Shown: positions 1-10,741, numbered from the stretch's first letter. The stretch is DNA of 64,000 nt from an uncultured Eubacteriales bacterium (GCA_900547165.1 URFZ01000003.1:30997-94996); one strand, 5' to 3'. Program-made: numbers and translations. The notes: generated by a model from the letters alone, not told the origin.

Positions 1-1711
1 TGTCGAAACTGTTGATATGACTTGCCCGAAAGTCAAGAGAATACAAAAAATTGCGGCGGGCAATAAAGATTTGATAATCGTGGGTGATATTGCACATCCC
101 GAGGTCGTCGGAATTGTCGGAAATGCAGAAAATCGTTACTTTATTGCAAAAAGTCTTGACGAACTCAAAATTATATTGCATAATGAATTAAATAAAAACA
201 GGGAATATGTTCTCGTTGCTCAAACAACATTCAATATTTCCGAATTCGAACGTATGGCGGAATACGCAAAAGCGTTCCCGAACGTCGAAGTTATAAATAC
301 TGTCTGCACGGCGACACATGATCGTCAGAAGCAGGTTGAAGAACTGTCAAAGAAAGTCGATTTTATGATAATCGTCGGCGGCAAAAACAGTTCAAACACA
401 AAAAAACTCTATCAGATAGCGTCACAGAACTGCGACGCCGTCCATATAGAGAATTTTACTCAATTGCCAACTTATTTAGGTAAGTATAAAAAAATAGGAT
501 TGTCTGCCGGAGCGTCAACGCACCGCAGTGCAATCGAGGAGGTCATTATCAACATGGTAAACGAAAACGACGAGAAGGTACTCACCGAGGACGGCGAAGA
601 TTTTGCCAGCCTTGTGGAGGCTTCACTCAGACCGATGAAAAACGGTCAAAAAGTAACCGGAACAGTTACGGCTGTCAACGGAACGGAAGTTCAGGTTGAC
701 CTTTGTGCTAAACACTCCGGATTTATTCCTGCGGAGGAGTTCGAGCACGATGATAAGCCTGTTGCCGTCGGCGATGAGGTTGAAGCGGTCGTCGTGAAGG
801 TAAACGATGCCGAGGGAACAGTTCTTCTTTCGAAGGCTAAACTCGACGCTGAAAAGGGACGTGAGCGTATCGCGGAACTCAAAGAAAGCGGAGAGATCGT
901 TACCGGTAAAGTAATACAGGTAGTAAAAGGCGGTCTTGTTGTGCTTGTCAACAAGGTCAGAGTATTTGTTCCCGCGTCTCTCGCAACGCTTCGCAGAACA
1001 GAGGATCTTACTCCGTTCAACGGCACAAACGTAAAACTTCGCATTATCGAAGTTGAAGAAAACGGCAGAAGAAGCCGCATTATCGGTTCCATCAAGTCCG
1101 TTCTCAAAGAAGAAAAAGAAGCTGCGCAGAAAGAAGTTTGGGACAACATTGAAGTCGGCAAGAGATATACGGGTACCGTTAAATCTCTTACAACGTTCGG
1201 TGCGTTTGTCGATATCGGCGGCGTTGACGGTCTTGTTCACATCACAGACCTTTCCTGGGGCAGAATCAAGCACCCCTCCGAAGTTATTAAAGTCGGCGAC
1301 GTTATCGAAGTTGAAGTTAAATCTTTCAACCCCGAGACGAAGAAAGTTTCTCTTACTTACAAGAAGACCGAAGATGATCCTTGGGTAATTCTCCCGAAGA
1401 AATATCAGGTCGGCGACGTAGTGGAAGTTAAAGTTCTTAAATTCATGCCCTACGGTGCTTTCGTAAGCGTTATCCCCGGCATTGACGGACTTATCCATAT
1501 CTCTCAGATTGCAAATCACAGAGTTGAAAACGTTTCCGACGTTCTTCAGATAGGTCAGACCGTTAATGCGCAGATCACCGAAATCAACTACGAGACCAAG
1601 AAAGTAAGCCTTTCCATCAAGGCGCTTCTTGCGAACGAGGAAGAATCGGACGAAGAGGAAGCACCTGCGGAATATACCGCAGAGCCCGCGTCTGAGGATG
1701 CAGCAGAATAA
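1..1711 (+). CDS. ispH: IspH/LytB (4-hydroxy-3-methylbut-2-enyl diphosphate reductase) fused to four S1 RNA-binding domains; 5' end outside window
   Basis: The frame is open from base 2 ([11 protein letters not shown], IspH Cys-motif region), so the ORF-track start at 17 is internal. The IspH C-terminal half runs to about aa 180. Four S1 OB-fold repeats follow (e.g. [33 protein letters not shown]), then an acidic tail. Confidence 0.9.
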   Translation, partial: VETVDMTCPKVKRIQKIAAGNKDLIIVGDIAHPEVVGIVGNAENRYFIAKSLDELKIILHNELNKNREYVLVAQTTFNISEFERMAEYAKAFPNVEVINTVCTATHDRQKQVEELSKKVDFMIIVGGKNSSNTKKLYQIASQNCDAVHIENFTQLPTYLGKYKKIGLSAGASTHRSAIEEVIINMVNENDEKVLTEDGEDFASLVEASLRPMKNGQKVTGTVTAVNGTEVQVDLCAKHSGFIPAEEFEHDDKPVAVGDEVEAVVVKVNDAEGTVLLSKAKLDAEKGRERIAELKESGEIVTGKVIQVVKGGLVVLVNKVRVFVPASLATLRRTEDLTPFNGTNVKLRIIEVEENGRRSRIIGSIKSVLKEEKEAAQKEVWDNIEVGKRYTGTVKSLTTFGAFVDIGGVDGLVHITDLSWGRIKHPSEVIKVGDVIEVEVKSFNPETKKVSLTYKKTEDDPWVILPKKYQVGDVVEVKVLKFMPYGAFVSVIPGIDGLIHISQIANHRVENVSDVLQIGQTVNAQITEINYETKKVSLSIKALLANEEESDEEEAPAEYTAEPASEDAAE

Positions 1712-1756
1712 AATTAACGTTTATCGGTAAAATTGCCGATGGATGACCGATTTTGA

Positions 1757-1794
1757 GTTACTCAGGCAATTTTGGTTGCCTGAGTGACTTTTTT
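1757..1794 (+). terminator. Rho-independent terminator after ispH-S1
   Basis: A 13-bp stem (1757-1769 pairs with 1776-1788, gttactcaggcaa/ttgcctgagtgac) is followed by TTTTTT at 1789-1794. Confidence 0.8.
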
Positions 1795-1804
1795 AGGAGG
1801 ACTT

Positions 1805-2755
1805 ATGTCTAACAAAAACACAAGCCTTAAACTTTCTTATCTTGTCGAAAAACTCGGATTAAAGACTGTTTACGTTCCCGGCAGCGGTTCCGAAAACTGC
1901 GACGACATCGATATTATAACATCGGAAGTCAACCGTCCCGGGCTTGCGCTGACAGGGTATTTTACTGATTTTGAAAAGGACAGACTTCAACTTATGGGTA
2001 ACGCCGAACACGGATATCTCGAAAGTCTGACACCCGATGACAGAAAGGCAAAGGTTGACGCATTGTTTTCGCGCAAGTTCCCCGCACTCATAATCTGTCA
2101 AGGAATTGAAGCAATTCCGGAAATAACGGAAAGCGCGAAAAAGTATGAAATACCTTTGCTCGGAACGGAAGAGCCGACTTCTAATGTGATGAGTTCCGTT
2201 ATCAGCCTTTTAAGCGTAAAACTTGCCCCGCAGGTCACCCGTCACGGCGTGCTTGTGGAGGTTTACGGTGAGGGCATTCTCATGCTCGGTGAAAGCGGCG
2301 TCGGAAAAAGCGAAGCCGCAATGGAACTTCTCAAAAGAGGTCACCGACTTGTTGCCGACGATGCGGTTGAGATTAAGCGCGTTTCGAACAGAACTCTTGT
2401 AGGTACTTCGCCCGAAATAATCCGTCATCTTATCGAACTTCGCGGCATAGGTATTGTTGACGTTCGTCAGATATTCGGTATGGGCGCGGTTAAGGAATCT
2501 GAAAAGATAGACCTTGTTCTTTCTCTCGAAAATTGGAGCCAGGATACAAAATACGACAGATTCGGTCTGGAATATGAACAGTATGACATTCTCGGTCTTA
2601 AAGTTCCGATGATAACCATTCCCATTAAGCCCGGACGTAACCTTGCTGTCATAATTGAAGTTGCGGCGATGAACAACAGACTCAAACGTCTCGGCTACAA
2701 TGCCGCTGCGGAACTCAACAAACGCCTTGAAGCGTCGATGAACGACAACGATTGA
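1805..2755 (+). CDS. hprK: HPr kinase/phosphorylase
   Basis: P-loop GESGVGKSEAAMELLKRGHRLVADDAVEI and the conserved C-terminal HprK pattern are present. I chose the ATG at 1805 (RBS taggagga at 1793-1800) because the track start at 1784 lies inside the upstream terminator. Confidence 0.9.
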   Translation: MSNKNTSLKLSYLVEKLGLKTVYVPGSGSENCDDIDIITSEVNRPGLALTGYFTDFEKDRLQLMGNAEHGYLESLTPDDRKAKVDALFSRKFPALIICQGIEAIPEITESAKKYEIPLLGTEEPTSNVMSSVISLLSVKLAPQVTRHGVLVEVYGEGILMLGESGVGKSEAAMELLKRGHRLVADDAVEIKRVSNRTLVGTSPEIIRHLIELRGIGIVDVRQIFGMGAVKESEKIDLVLSLENWSQDTKYDRFGLEYEQYDILGLKVPMITIPIKPGRNLAVIIEVAAMNNRLKRLGYNAAAELNKRLEASMNDND

Positions 2756-2777
2756 ATTTTCTGAAACGGAGAAACTT

Positions 2778-3671
2778 ATGCTTTCCGAACTCAAAGACTT
2801 TTTAACTGCAAACGGCATTGAATTTGAAGTTGATGTTCCGATGTCGAAGAATACAACTTTTCGGATAGGCGGCAATGCTGATATAATGATTTTTCCGCGT
2901 TCGGTTGAACAGGTCAGAGACTGCGTTTGTGAATTAAACAGGGAAAATATCCGTTATATCACGGTCGGAAACGGCTCAAATCTGCTTGTGGATGACGACG
3001 GAATACGCGGTGCTGTCATAAAGACATCGAGACTTGACAGCGTATATGCCAAGGGCAATGAAATCGTCGCAGGCGCGGGTGCGCTTAATTCAAAAGTCGC
3101 AAACACCGCACTTGAAGCGTCTTTGACGGGCATGGAATTTGCACATGGCATTCCGGGAAGCATCGGCGGCGCCGTGTTTATGAATGCAGGTGCATACGGT
3201 GGAACTTTTGCGGATATTGTTTCGGAAACGACTTATGTTGACCAAAACGGTAATATCAAAACGGTCAAAGGTAAAGAACATGATTTCGGTTACAGACATT
3301 CCTGTTTTTCGGACAGCGACATTATCTGCGAAACAAAACTTATACTCCGTGACGGCGACCGCAAAAAAATCAAGTCGGAAATGCAGATTCTTATAGAGAA
3401 AAGAAAAACGTCGCAACCGCTTGAATTTCCGAGCGCAGGCAGTTTTTTCAAGCGTCCCGAGGGGTATTTTGCTGGAAAACTTATACAGGACAGCGGGCTG
3501 AAAGGCACTTCCGTCGGCGGAGCTCAGGTCAGCGAAAAACACGCGGGATTTATAATTAACAAAGGCGGAGCGACCTGCAAAGATGTTGACGGATTGCGCG
3601 AACTTGTTCAGAAGACTGTTTTTGAAAAATTCGGTGTTATGCTTGAGCCGGAAGTTAAGAGGATAAAATGA
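2778..3671 (+). CDS. murB: UDP-N-acetylenolpyruvoylglucosamine reductase
   Basis: FAD-binding PCMH-type N-terminus (TFRIGGNADIMIFP, GNGSNLLV) and MurB C-terminal motifs (GSFFKRP, SEKHAGFIIN). Confidence 0.9.
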   Translation: MLSELKDFLTANGIEFEVDVPMSKNTTFRIGGNADIMIFPRSVEQVRDCVCELNRENIRYITVGNGSNLLVDDDGIRGAVIKTSRLDSVYAKGNEIVAGAGALNSKVANTALEASLTGMEFAHGIPGSIGGAVFMNAGAYGGTFADIVSETTYVDQNGNIKTVKGKEHDFGYRHSCFSDSDIICETKLILRDGDRKKIKSEMQILIEKRKTSQPLEFPSAGSFFKRPEGYFAGKLIQDSGLKGTSVGGAQVSEKHAGFIINKGGATCKDVDGLRELVQKTVFEKFGVMLEPEVKRIK

Positions 3672-4549
3672 CGACTTTTTCGCAAGAAGTAAAAAAAGCG
3701 GCTTGCGCCGTGAAGTGTTCGGAAAACGAAAAAGCCGGTGAATTGCTCGGTTTTATATACTCGTGTGATTTTTATGACGAGCGCGGGATTCTTTTTGTAA
3801 CCGAAAGCGAGGACGCGATGTCCCGTTTTTGCCGTTTGCTATCACGCCTTTGCGGAATTGACGCTGAATCGAGTGTAAGAAGAGGTTCGAGAGGCAAGCG
3901 TCTGATATTCGAGGGTGGCGCAGATGTCTACAATGCGGTTTCAAAAATCATACCGCAACCGAAAGACGCGGATTTTACCGTGCTTTCAAAGGATAATGTC
4001 GGGATTTCGTTTATCAGGGGACTTTTCCTCGGAGAGGGAAGTGTCAGCGACCCGTCAAAAACTATATATGCCGAAATCGGTATAAAAAACGAAGAGATAA
4101 TAGAACCTACACTTGATATTTTTTCGTCGCTTGATATTGTTGTTCGCGTTTCGCACAGAGCAACCGGCAATTTCTTTTATTTCAAAACCGTTGACGATGT
4201 TTCTCAACTATTATTTGAGATAGGCGCAAAAAATCAGGCGTTTGAATGTATAAATTCAAATATTCTGCGCACCGTTCGCAACGATGCGAACAGGGCGGGG
4301 AACTGCGATGTCGCAAATGCGAAAAAACAGGCGATTTCGTCGGCAAAACATATCGAAGCGGCAAAAAAACTCAAACAAAATAAATATGTGGGGCTTTCGG
4401 ATGATTTAATAGTCGTTGCGGAAGCGCGTTTGGCGCATCCCGATATGAGCATTGAACAGTTGGGGGAAACTTTTGACCCGCCGCTTTCGAAATCGGGAAC
4501 GGCTTATCGCCTGAAAAAACTTGTGGCGGCAGCCGAAAAATCAATTTAG
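3668..4549 (+). CDS. whiA: DNA-binding sporulation/cell-division regulator WhiA
   Basis: Length and layout fit WhiA: degenerate LAGLIDADG-like core (IRGLFLGEGSVSDP) and a C-terminal HTH (LGETFDPPLSKSGTAYRLKKL). ATGA overlap with murB. Confidence 0.8.
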   Translation: MTTFSQEVKKAACAVKCSENEKAGELLGFIYSCDFYDERGILFVTESEDAMSRFCRLLSRLCGIDAESSVRRGSRGKRLIFEGGADVYNAVSKIIPQPKDADFTVLSKDNVGISFIRGLFLGEGSVSDPSKTIYAEIGIKNEEIIEPTLDIFSSLDIVVRVSHRATGNFFYFKTVDDVSQLLFEIGAKNQAFECINSNILRTVRNDANRAGNCDVANAKKQAISSAKHIEAAKKLKQNKYVGLSDDLIVVAEARLAHPDMSIEQLGETFDPPLSKSGTAYRLKKLVAAAEKSI

Positions 4550-4599
4550 AAAATTACGATAAGTTTATATACAGGACATTTGAAGTCCGCGGAGGAATT

Positions 4600-7500
4600 A
4601 TGGCATTTGTTCATTTGCACGTTCACTCACAGTACAGCCTTCTTGACGGAGCCTGCACGATGGGTGATAAAAAAGATAAGATGATGGAACTGCTCGAAGA
4701 AATGGGACAGACCGCCATCGCTATTACCGATCACGGCAATATGTACGGAGCGATAAAATTCTATAAATCCGCAAAGAAGCACGGTATAAAACCCATACTC
4801 GGCTGTGAATGTTATACAGCCGCGCGTACCCGTTTTGACAAGAGCAGGGAATATGACGCTCATTACGGGCACCTTGTTTTGCTCTGCAAAAATAATGTGG
4901 GCTATCAAAACCTTGTTAAAATGGTTTCGTTGAGCAATACGCAGGGTTTCTATTACAAGCCGCGTATCGACAAAGAACTGCTTGAAAAGTATCATGAGGG
5001 GCTTATATGCCTTTCTGCGTGTCTTGCGGGAGATGTTCCGCAAAGACTTGTCGCAGGCGACTACGAGGGCGCAAAAGAACTCGCGCTTTGGTATGACAAC
5101 CTGTTCGGCAGAGGCAATTACTATCTTGAAATCCAGGATCACGGAATTGAAGATCAGAAGATAGTCATAGACGGCCTTTTGCGTATGCACGAAGAGACGG
5201 GCATTCCGCTTGTTGCCACAAACGACGCTCACTATCTGCGCAAGTCGGACGCTAAGGCACAAAAAGTGCTTTTGTATGTCCAGCTTAAAAAAACTTTGAG
5301 CGAAGAGTGCGGAATGGGGTTTGAAACGGATGAGTTCTATCTAAAATCCGAAAAGGAAATGAGAGATCTTTTCCAATACATTCCCGAGGCGTGCGACAAC
5401 ACCGTTAAAATCGCAGAAATGTGCGATGTGTCGTTTCAGAATCTTGACGATCCCGACCACAAGGTTTATCACTTACCGAACTTTGTCACGCCCGATAATA
5501 TGGATCACTTTGAGTTTCTCAAAAAACTCGCATACGAGGGCTATGACAGAAAATATCCCGCAAGAACAAAAGAACTTGACGAACGTCTTGAATACGAACT
5601 CGGCGTTGTTCATAAAATGGGATTCGTCGATTACTTCCTTATCGTAAGCGACTACGTTCGTTACGCAAAAAGCGTCGGAATTCCCGTTGGACCGGGAAGA
5701 GGTTCGGGCGCAGGCAGTATGGTTGCGTACTGCATAGATATTACAAACATCGAACCGCTGAAATATAATCTCCTTTTTGAGCGTTTCCTGAACCCCGAAC
5801 GTGTTTCTATGCCCGATTTCGACGTCGATTTCTGCGTTGAAAGGCGTCAGGAAATAGTTGATTACTGTATCAAAAAATACGGTGCGGAATGTGTTGCACA
5901 GATAGTCACATTCGGAACGATGAAAGCAAAAATGGCGGTCAAAGACGTTGCCAGAGTGCTTGAATTTACTCCTGCGGAAGCCAATGCGATAGCAAAACTT
6001 TTGCAAGACAAGAAAACTATAATGGAATCCGTCGAAATAATGCCGGAACTCCGAGAAATGTACAACACCGACCCGAGAATAAAAGAACTTATAGACCTTT
6101 CTGCGGGTGTTGAGAATGCGCCCCGACACACCTCTGTGCATGCCTGCGGTGTTATCATTGCGGGAAGTGACGTTTCGGATTACGTTCCTCTTGCCGTGCA
6201 GGACGATATGCCTGTTACGCAATACGATATGGTTATCGACGAGGAACTCGGTCTGCTTAAAATGGACTTCCTCGGCTTGCGAAACCTCACGGTCATAGAA
6301 GATGCGTGCCGTCAGATAAGGAAAAAAATTCCAGATTTCAAGATAGAAAACGTCGATATGGACGACAAGGCGGTTTACGATATGCTTTCTCTCGGTCAGA
6401 CGGACGGCGTATTCCAGCTTGAATCGGGCGGAATGAAGAAAACGCTTATCCAGTTGAAGCCGAAGAATATAGAAGATATTACGGCGGTTATCTCGCTTTA
6501 CCGTCCAGGTCCCATGGATTCCATTCCGACGTATATCAACAACAGTTACCACCCCGAATCCATTAAATATAAAGACCCGCAGTTGAAGCCTATACTTGAA
6601 GTTACCCACGGCTGTATGGTATACCAGGAGCAGGTCATGCAGGTCGTTCGTAACCTTGCCGGTTACTCATTCGGGCGCGCCGACATCGTGCGTCGAGCAA
6701 TGGGTAAGAAAAAGATGGACGTCATGCAGCAGGAACGTGAATATTTCATTCACGGCAAATTTGCAGCCGACGGAACAATGGAACTTCCCGGTGCGGTCAG
6801 AAACGGCGTTCCCGAAGATGTGGCAAACGAGATATTCGACGAAATGATCGAGTTTGCGAAATACGCATTCAATAAATCCCATGCGGCGGCGTATGCGTTT
6901 GTAACGTACTACACGGCATACTTGAAATGCCATTTCATGAAAGAGTACATGTCGGCGCTTCTGACAAGCGTATTGACAAAGCCCGACAAGATGGTCGATT
7001 ACATCAACGAGGCGCAAAAACAGAACGTTCCCGTTCTCGCGCCCGATGTAAACGAAAGTGAAGTGTATTTCTCTGTTAGCGGCGATAATATACGGTTCGG
7101 ACTCGCTGCGGTCAAGAATGTCGGCGTTGAGATATCACACAACATCATAAAGGAACGAGAAGAAAAAGGACCTTTCAAAAGTTTCTACGACTTCCTGCAC
7201 CGCATGATGAAGAATTACGACATTGACTCCCGAACAGTTGAAAGTCTTGTTTACGCGGGAGCGTTTGACAGTTTCGGAAATACGAGACACGAACTCATAG
7301 CGGGTTTTCCCGAACTCCGTTCAAGTCTGCAAAGCAGTCTGAAAGAAGAAAAAGGCGGTCAGTTCAGCCTTTTTGAAGATGATGAGGAAGAGGACGCAAC
7401 ACCCGAGTTCAAATTCCCGAAAGTTCCCGAATACTCAAAGAAAGAAAAACTCAAATTTGAGAAAGACGTTACGGGACTCTATCTTTCCGACCACCCGATG

Positions 7501-8151
7501 AAAGAATATGCGGGGCTTATTGAAGCATACGGCACCCGAACCATTGCCTCGCTTTTCGATGAAGAAAACGAGTGCAAGGACGGCGACAAGGTCAGCATTA
7601 TGGGTATACTTGCCAAGGTGACGAAAAAACTCACCCGCAACGAGACCATGATGGCTATACTTCAACTGCAAGACCTTACGGGTACAATTGAAGTGCTTCT
7701 GTTCTCTAAAACATACGAAAAGTTCCAATCTTTGCTTGTTGAGGACAAAGTCGTTATTATCGAAGGCAGACTGAGCATTGAAAAAGATAACTTTGGCAGC
7801 GACGACGATGAATCCGACACGCGCGAAATAGCAAAACTGATGGCAAGAAACATCAGCGAAGTTGACAGAAACTATTCCATGGAAGAAGTTCCCGTTTCTA
7901 TCCCCGATGTAATGCCGCAGGCGATATTGGCAATGATGATATCCGTTGACAAATCGGATAAGGTTCGCTTCGAAGAATGTATGGACGTGCTCCGTTCCAA
8001 CCCCGGAAAAGATATGGTATATTTCCATTTCACCGATGCCGGCAAAAAAGCAAAATTCCAACAGGGTGTCGATCTTTCCGACGGCGTATGCTCACAGATT
8101 TACGATATCGTCGGCAGAGGAAACACGGTTATGAAAGAGGTTGCTGTCTGA
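4600..8151 (+). CDS. dnaE: DNA polymerase III alpha subunit
   Basis: 1183 aa. PHP domain start MAFVHLHVHSQYSLLDGA, Pol III alpha core (GPGRGSGAGSMVAYC, PDFDVDF) and a C-terminal OB fold. Confidence 0.95.
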   Translation: MAFVHLHVHSQYSLLDGACTMGDKKDKMMELLEEMGQTAIAITDHGNMYGAIKFYKSAKKHGIKPILGCECYTAARTRFDKSREYDAHYGHLVLLCKNNVGYQNLVKMVSLSNTQGFYYKPRIDKELLEKYHEGLICLSACLAGDVPQRLVAGDYEGAKELALWYDNLFGRGNYYLEIQDHGIEDQKIVIDGLLRMHEETGIPLVATNDAHYLRKSDAKAQKVLLYVQLKKTLSEECGMGFETDEFYLKSEKEMRDLFQYIPEACDNTVKIAEMCDVSFQNLDDPDHKVYHLPNFVTPDNMDHFEFLKKLAYEGYDRKYPARTKELDERLEYELGVVHKMGFVDYFLIVSDYVRYAKSVGIPVGPGRGSGAGSMVAYCIDITNIEPLKYNLLFERFLNPERVSMPDFDVDFCVERRQEIVDYCIKKYGAECVAQIVTFGTMKAKMAVKDVARVLEFTPAEANAIAKLLQDKKTIMESVEIMPELREMYNTDPRIKELIDLSAGVENAPRHTSVHACGVIIAGSDVSDYVPLAVQDDMPVTQYDMVIDEELGLLKMDFLGLRNLTVIEDACRQIRKKIPDFKIENVDMDDKAVYDMLSLGQTDGVFQLESGGMKKTLIQLKPKNIEDITAVISLYRPGPMDSIPTYINNSYHPESIKYKDPQLKPILEVTHGCMVYQEQVMQVVRNLAGYSFGRADIVRRAMGKKKMDVMQQEREYFIHGKFAADGTMELPGAVRNGVPEDVANEIFDEMIEFAKYAFNKSHAAAYAFVTYYTAYLKCHFMKEYMSALLTSVLTKPDKMVDYINEAQKQNVPVLAPDVNESEVYFSVSGDNIRFGLAAVKNVGVEISHNIIKEREEKGPFKSFYDFLHRMMKNYDIDSRTVESLVYAGAFDSFGNTRHELIAGFPELRSSLQSSLKEEKGGQFSLFEDDEEEDATPEFKFPKVPEYSKKEKLKFEKDVTGLYLSDHPMKEYAGLIEAYGTRTIASLFDEENECKDGDKVSIMGILAKVTKKLTRNETMMAILQLQDLTGTIEVLLFSKTYEKFQSLLVEDKVVIIEGRLSIEKDNFGSDDDESDTREIAKLMARNISEVDRNYSMEEVPVSIPDVMPQAILAMMISVDKSDKVRFEECMDVLRSNPGKDMVYFHFTDAGKKAKFQQGVDLSDGVCSQIYDIVGRGNTVMKEVAV

Positions 8152-8630
8152 TGGCTGAATTCAAAACAAATGTTATGCGCATACTTGACAAAGCAAAAGT
8201 TAAGTACAGCGCTCTCGAATACCCGCACGAAGACGGCGTTTGCGTTGACGGCGTTACCGTTGCGGAACTTGTCGGACTTGCCCCTGCGGGAGTTTTCAAA
8301 ACACTTGTTACGAAAGGTGCGTCAAAGGCGTATTTCGTATTCGTTATCCCTGTCGCGGACGAACTTGATTTGAAGAAAGCCGCAAAAGCGGTCGGCGAAA
8401 AATCCGTTGAGATGATTCACGTTTCCGAGATAAATGCCGTCACGGGGTATATCAGAGGCGGATGTTCGCCCATCGGAATGAAAAAACGGTACAAGACCGT
8501 TTTTCATTCGTCGGTTCTCGAACAAAAAACCGTTACCGTAAGCGCGGGCAAGATAGGTTATCAGATATCGCTCGCGCCGCAGGATCTGATTTCATTAAGC
8601 GGCGCGACGACAGCGGATATAATACGATAG
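8151..8630 (+). CDS. ybaK: Cys-tRNA(Pro)/Cys-tRNA(Cys) deacylase, YbaK/EbsC family
   Basis: MAEFKTNVMRILDKAKVKY...KTLV...GGCSPIG is the YbaK pattern. The ATG at 8151 overlaps the dnaE TGA (8149-8151). The upstream part of ORF 7977 is a dnaE-overlapping artefact. Confidence 0.85.
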   Translation: MAEFKTNVMRILDKAKVKYSALEYPHEDGVCVDGVTVAELVGLAPAGVFKTLVTKGASKAYFVFVIPVADELDLKKAAKAVGEKSVEMIHVSEINAVTGYIRGGCSPIGMKKRYKTVFHSSVLEQKTVTVSAGKIGYQISLAPQDLISLSGATTADIIR

Positions 8631-8641
8631 TATAAAGAAAA

Positions 8642-8666
8642 ACGGGACGCAAAGCGTCCCGTTTTT
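8642..8666. terminator. Bidirectional terminator between ybaK and the PAP2 gene
   Basis: acgggacgc-aaa-gcgtcccgt, a 9-bp stem flanked by an A-run on the 5' side and a T-run on the 3' side. Confidence 0.8.
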
Positions 8667-8678
8667 GCTATAAAAAAT

Positions 8679-9617
8679 TTATTTTTTCAAATGCTTTGCA
8701 AATAATTTGTTCAGCGGTTTAAACGTCATCGGAACAAGCATTGCCGCAACAATTACAACTAAGAAATACTCAATTATCAAAGCGGGAATGCTGCCGTTAC
8801 CCAACAGCGCAAACAATATGATTTTGAAAACCGATTTCAGCCCGAAAACAACACCGATGCCGAATACAACTTTTATTATCTGAATATACCACGGCGCTGC
8901 CGTCTCAAACCTGATATATTTTGAATCAACAAACCATGCAACAAGTATACCGAGCGTTGCCCCAAGCATTTTCGAAACGTTTGTCATCGCACCGTCGATA
9001 CATTCCGTTTGCCAGACTTCCGTTACTTCAAAAGGTCTGATATATGTAAACACAAGAAAACCTATCATCAGCACGGAGCAAATACCGAAAATAACGCCGA
9101 GAATCCACGGCTTTTCATCAGTCTTTTTGATAAGCGGGTACATAATAAGTACAAGCACCGTTCCTATAACAAACGATACGCCGACATCAAGCGGGGTATG
9201 AACGCCGAGATAAAGTCTCGAAATCGGAATCAACACCGCAAGCACTATGCCCACAATGCGGAGCCATTTATACTTTGTAAACCTCGCTATACTTCCGTAA
9301 GTTCCGACGGCGTTTTGGGTATGCCCGCTGGGAAACGAGAAATCGTTTGCCGCAGGTGTAGCGGCTTCGACCGCTTTAAAGTTTGGGTCGAGTACCCACG
9401 GACGCGGAACTCTGAAAAGCATTTTCAGCCATTGATTGAGAGTTATTCCGACAAGTCCCACGGTTATCATGTAGTAGCCGTTCTTCTTATTGATACACCA
9501 AAAGAAAAGAAGTGCGGCAACGATGAAAACATACTCTTCGGCAAGTTTTGTCAACGCCAGCATAACGGCGTCAAGCACGGGATTTCTGATGGATTCGAAA
9601 AAATAAAGTATACTCAT
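8679..9617 (-). CDS. PAP2-family membrane phosphatase
   Basis: Polytopic membrane protein with PAP2 motifs: KMLFRVPRP, SFPSGHT, SRLYLGVHTPLDV. Confidence 0.85.
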   Translation of the reverse strand: MSILYFFESIRNPVLDAVMLALTKLAEEYVFIVAALLFFWCINKKNGYYMITVGLVGITLNQWLKMLFRVPRPWVLDPNFKAVEAATPAANDFSFPSGHTQNAVGTYGSIARFTKYKWLRIVGIVLAVLIPISRLYLGVHTPLDVGVSFVIGTVLVLIMYPLIKKTDEKPWILGVIFGICSVLMIGFLVFTYIRPFEVTEVWQTECIDGAMTNVSKMLGATLGILVAWFVDSKYIRFETAAPWYIQIIKVVFGIGVVFGLKSVFKIILFALLGNGSIPALIIEYFLVVIVAAMLVPMTFKPLNKLFAKHLKK

Positions 9618-9618
9618 A

Positions 9619-10626
9619 TTACAAAATCTCTATATTGTTTTTGCGGCAGATATCAAGCGTTTCGTCATCCCATACGGAAACCTGAACTTCACCTATGTGA
9701 GCCTTGCCTTGAAGCAGCATTGAAAGTCTTGACTGACCGATACCTCCGCCTATGGTCAAGGGAAGTTCACCTGCCAAAAGTGCTTTGTGAAACGGATATT
9801 TTCTTCTGTTGTCCGCATTCGCCTTTGTCAGCTGTTCATCAAGAGATTTCGGGTCAACGCGAATACCCATTGAAGAAATTTCAAACGCACAACCGAGAAC
9901 CTCATTGTAGAAAAGAATATCCCCGTTAAGCGCCCAATCGTCGTAGTCGGGGGCTCTGCCGTCGTGCTTGATTCCGCTTTTCAGTTTATCGCCTATCTGC
10001 ATGATGAATGCTGTCTTGTTTTCTTTGAGATATGCGTCTTCGCGCTGTTTCGGAGTAAGCGCGGGGTACATATCTTCAAGTTCCTGCGTGGTGATAAAAC
10101 TTACTTCTCTTTTGAGAACGATGTCTACCTGCGGGAATTTGACTTTCAAATCGTCAAGGGTGTCGCAAATAGCGCCGACAATGGCTTTTACGGTCGCTTT
10201 CAGGTAATCGATATTGCGGGTCTTTTCATCGATAACTTTTTCCCAGTCCCACTGATCGACATAGACAGAATGAAGATTGTCGGTCTCTTCGTCGCGACGG
10301 ATAGCGTTCATTATGGTATAAAGACCGTTTCCTATACGGAATCCGTACTTATGAAGCGCCATTCTCTTCCATTTTGCGAGAGAGTGAACTATCTGCGCCT
10401 GTTTGCCGGAATCCGTCAATTCAAACTGTACGGGCCGTTCAATGCCGTTCAGGTCATCGTTAAGCCCCGATTCGGGATCGACGAACAGGGGAGCGGAAAC
10501 TCTTTTTAAATTGAGTGCCTCGCTCAGATAGCCTTCAAACGTTCTGTTTGTAAAGCCTATCGCCGTCTGTGTTTCGTAAAGGTTAAGTTTTGGGGAATAC
10601 CCCTTGGGTACAAAAATTTTACTCAT
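9619..10626 (-). CDS. asnA: Aspartate-ammonia ligase (asparagine synthetase A)
   Basis: 335 aa. N-terminus YETQTAIGFTNRTFEGYLSEALNLKRVSAPLFV and the class-II aaRS-like core typical of AsnA. Confidence 0.9.
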   Translation of the reverse strand: MSKIFVPKGYSPKLNLYETQTAIGFTNRTFEGYLSEALNLKRVSAPLFVDPESGLNDDLNGIERPVQFELTDSGKQAQIVHSLAKWKRMALHKYGFRIGNGLYTIMNAIRRDEETDNLHSVYVDQWDWEKVIDEKTRNIDYLKATVKAIVGAICDTLDDLKVKFPQVDIVLKREVSFITTQELEDMYPALTPKQREDAYLKENKTAFIMQIGDKLKSGIKHDGRAPDYDDWALNGDILFYNEVLGCAFEISSMGIRVDPKSLDEQLTKANADNRRKYPFHKALLAGELPLTIGGGIGQSRLSMLLQGKAHIGEVQVSVWDDETLDICRKNNIEIL

Positions 10627-10662
10627 ACTTTTACACCTTGTTTCTCCGTTTTAATAAAATAA

Positions 10663-10691
10663 ATTATATCATTATTTTTTACGATTGTCAA
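10663..10691 (-). promoter_or_regulatory. Consensus sigma-A promoter for asnA
   Basis: On the minus strand: TTGACA (10691-10686), a 17-nt spacer, then TATAAT (10668-10663). This lies ~37 nt upstream of the asnA ATG. Confidence 0.7.
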
Positions 10692-10741
10692 CATTGACAG
10701 CGCAAAATTTCATTGAATTTAAGGCTTTTTACGCCTGATTA

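Noticed and set aside
1784-1804. N-terminal extensions proposed by the ORF track for hprK (1784), glnA (10759), fucI (29629), the repeat protein (36159), the kinase (37781), tatD (58913), the DUF1275 gene (61174) and the LysR gene (61396)
   Set aside because: The extensions overlap terminators, promoters or upstream genes and lack RBSs. Downstream ATGs with good SD spacing and family-typical N-termini were preferred.
10686-10699. Palindrome TGTCAAcaTTGACA between asnA and glnA as a GlnR/TnrA nitrogen-regulator box
   Set aside because: The GlnR/TnrA consensus is TGTNA-N7-TNACA (17 bp). This site has only a 4-nt centre (14 bp). One arm is fully explained as the -35 hexamer of the asnA promoter.
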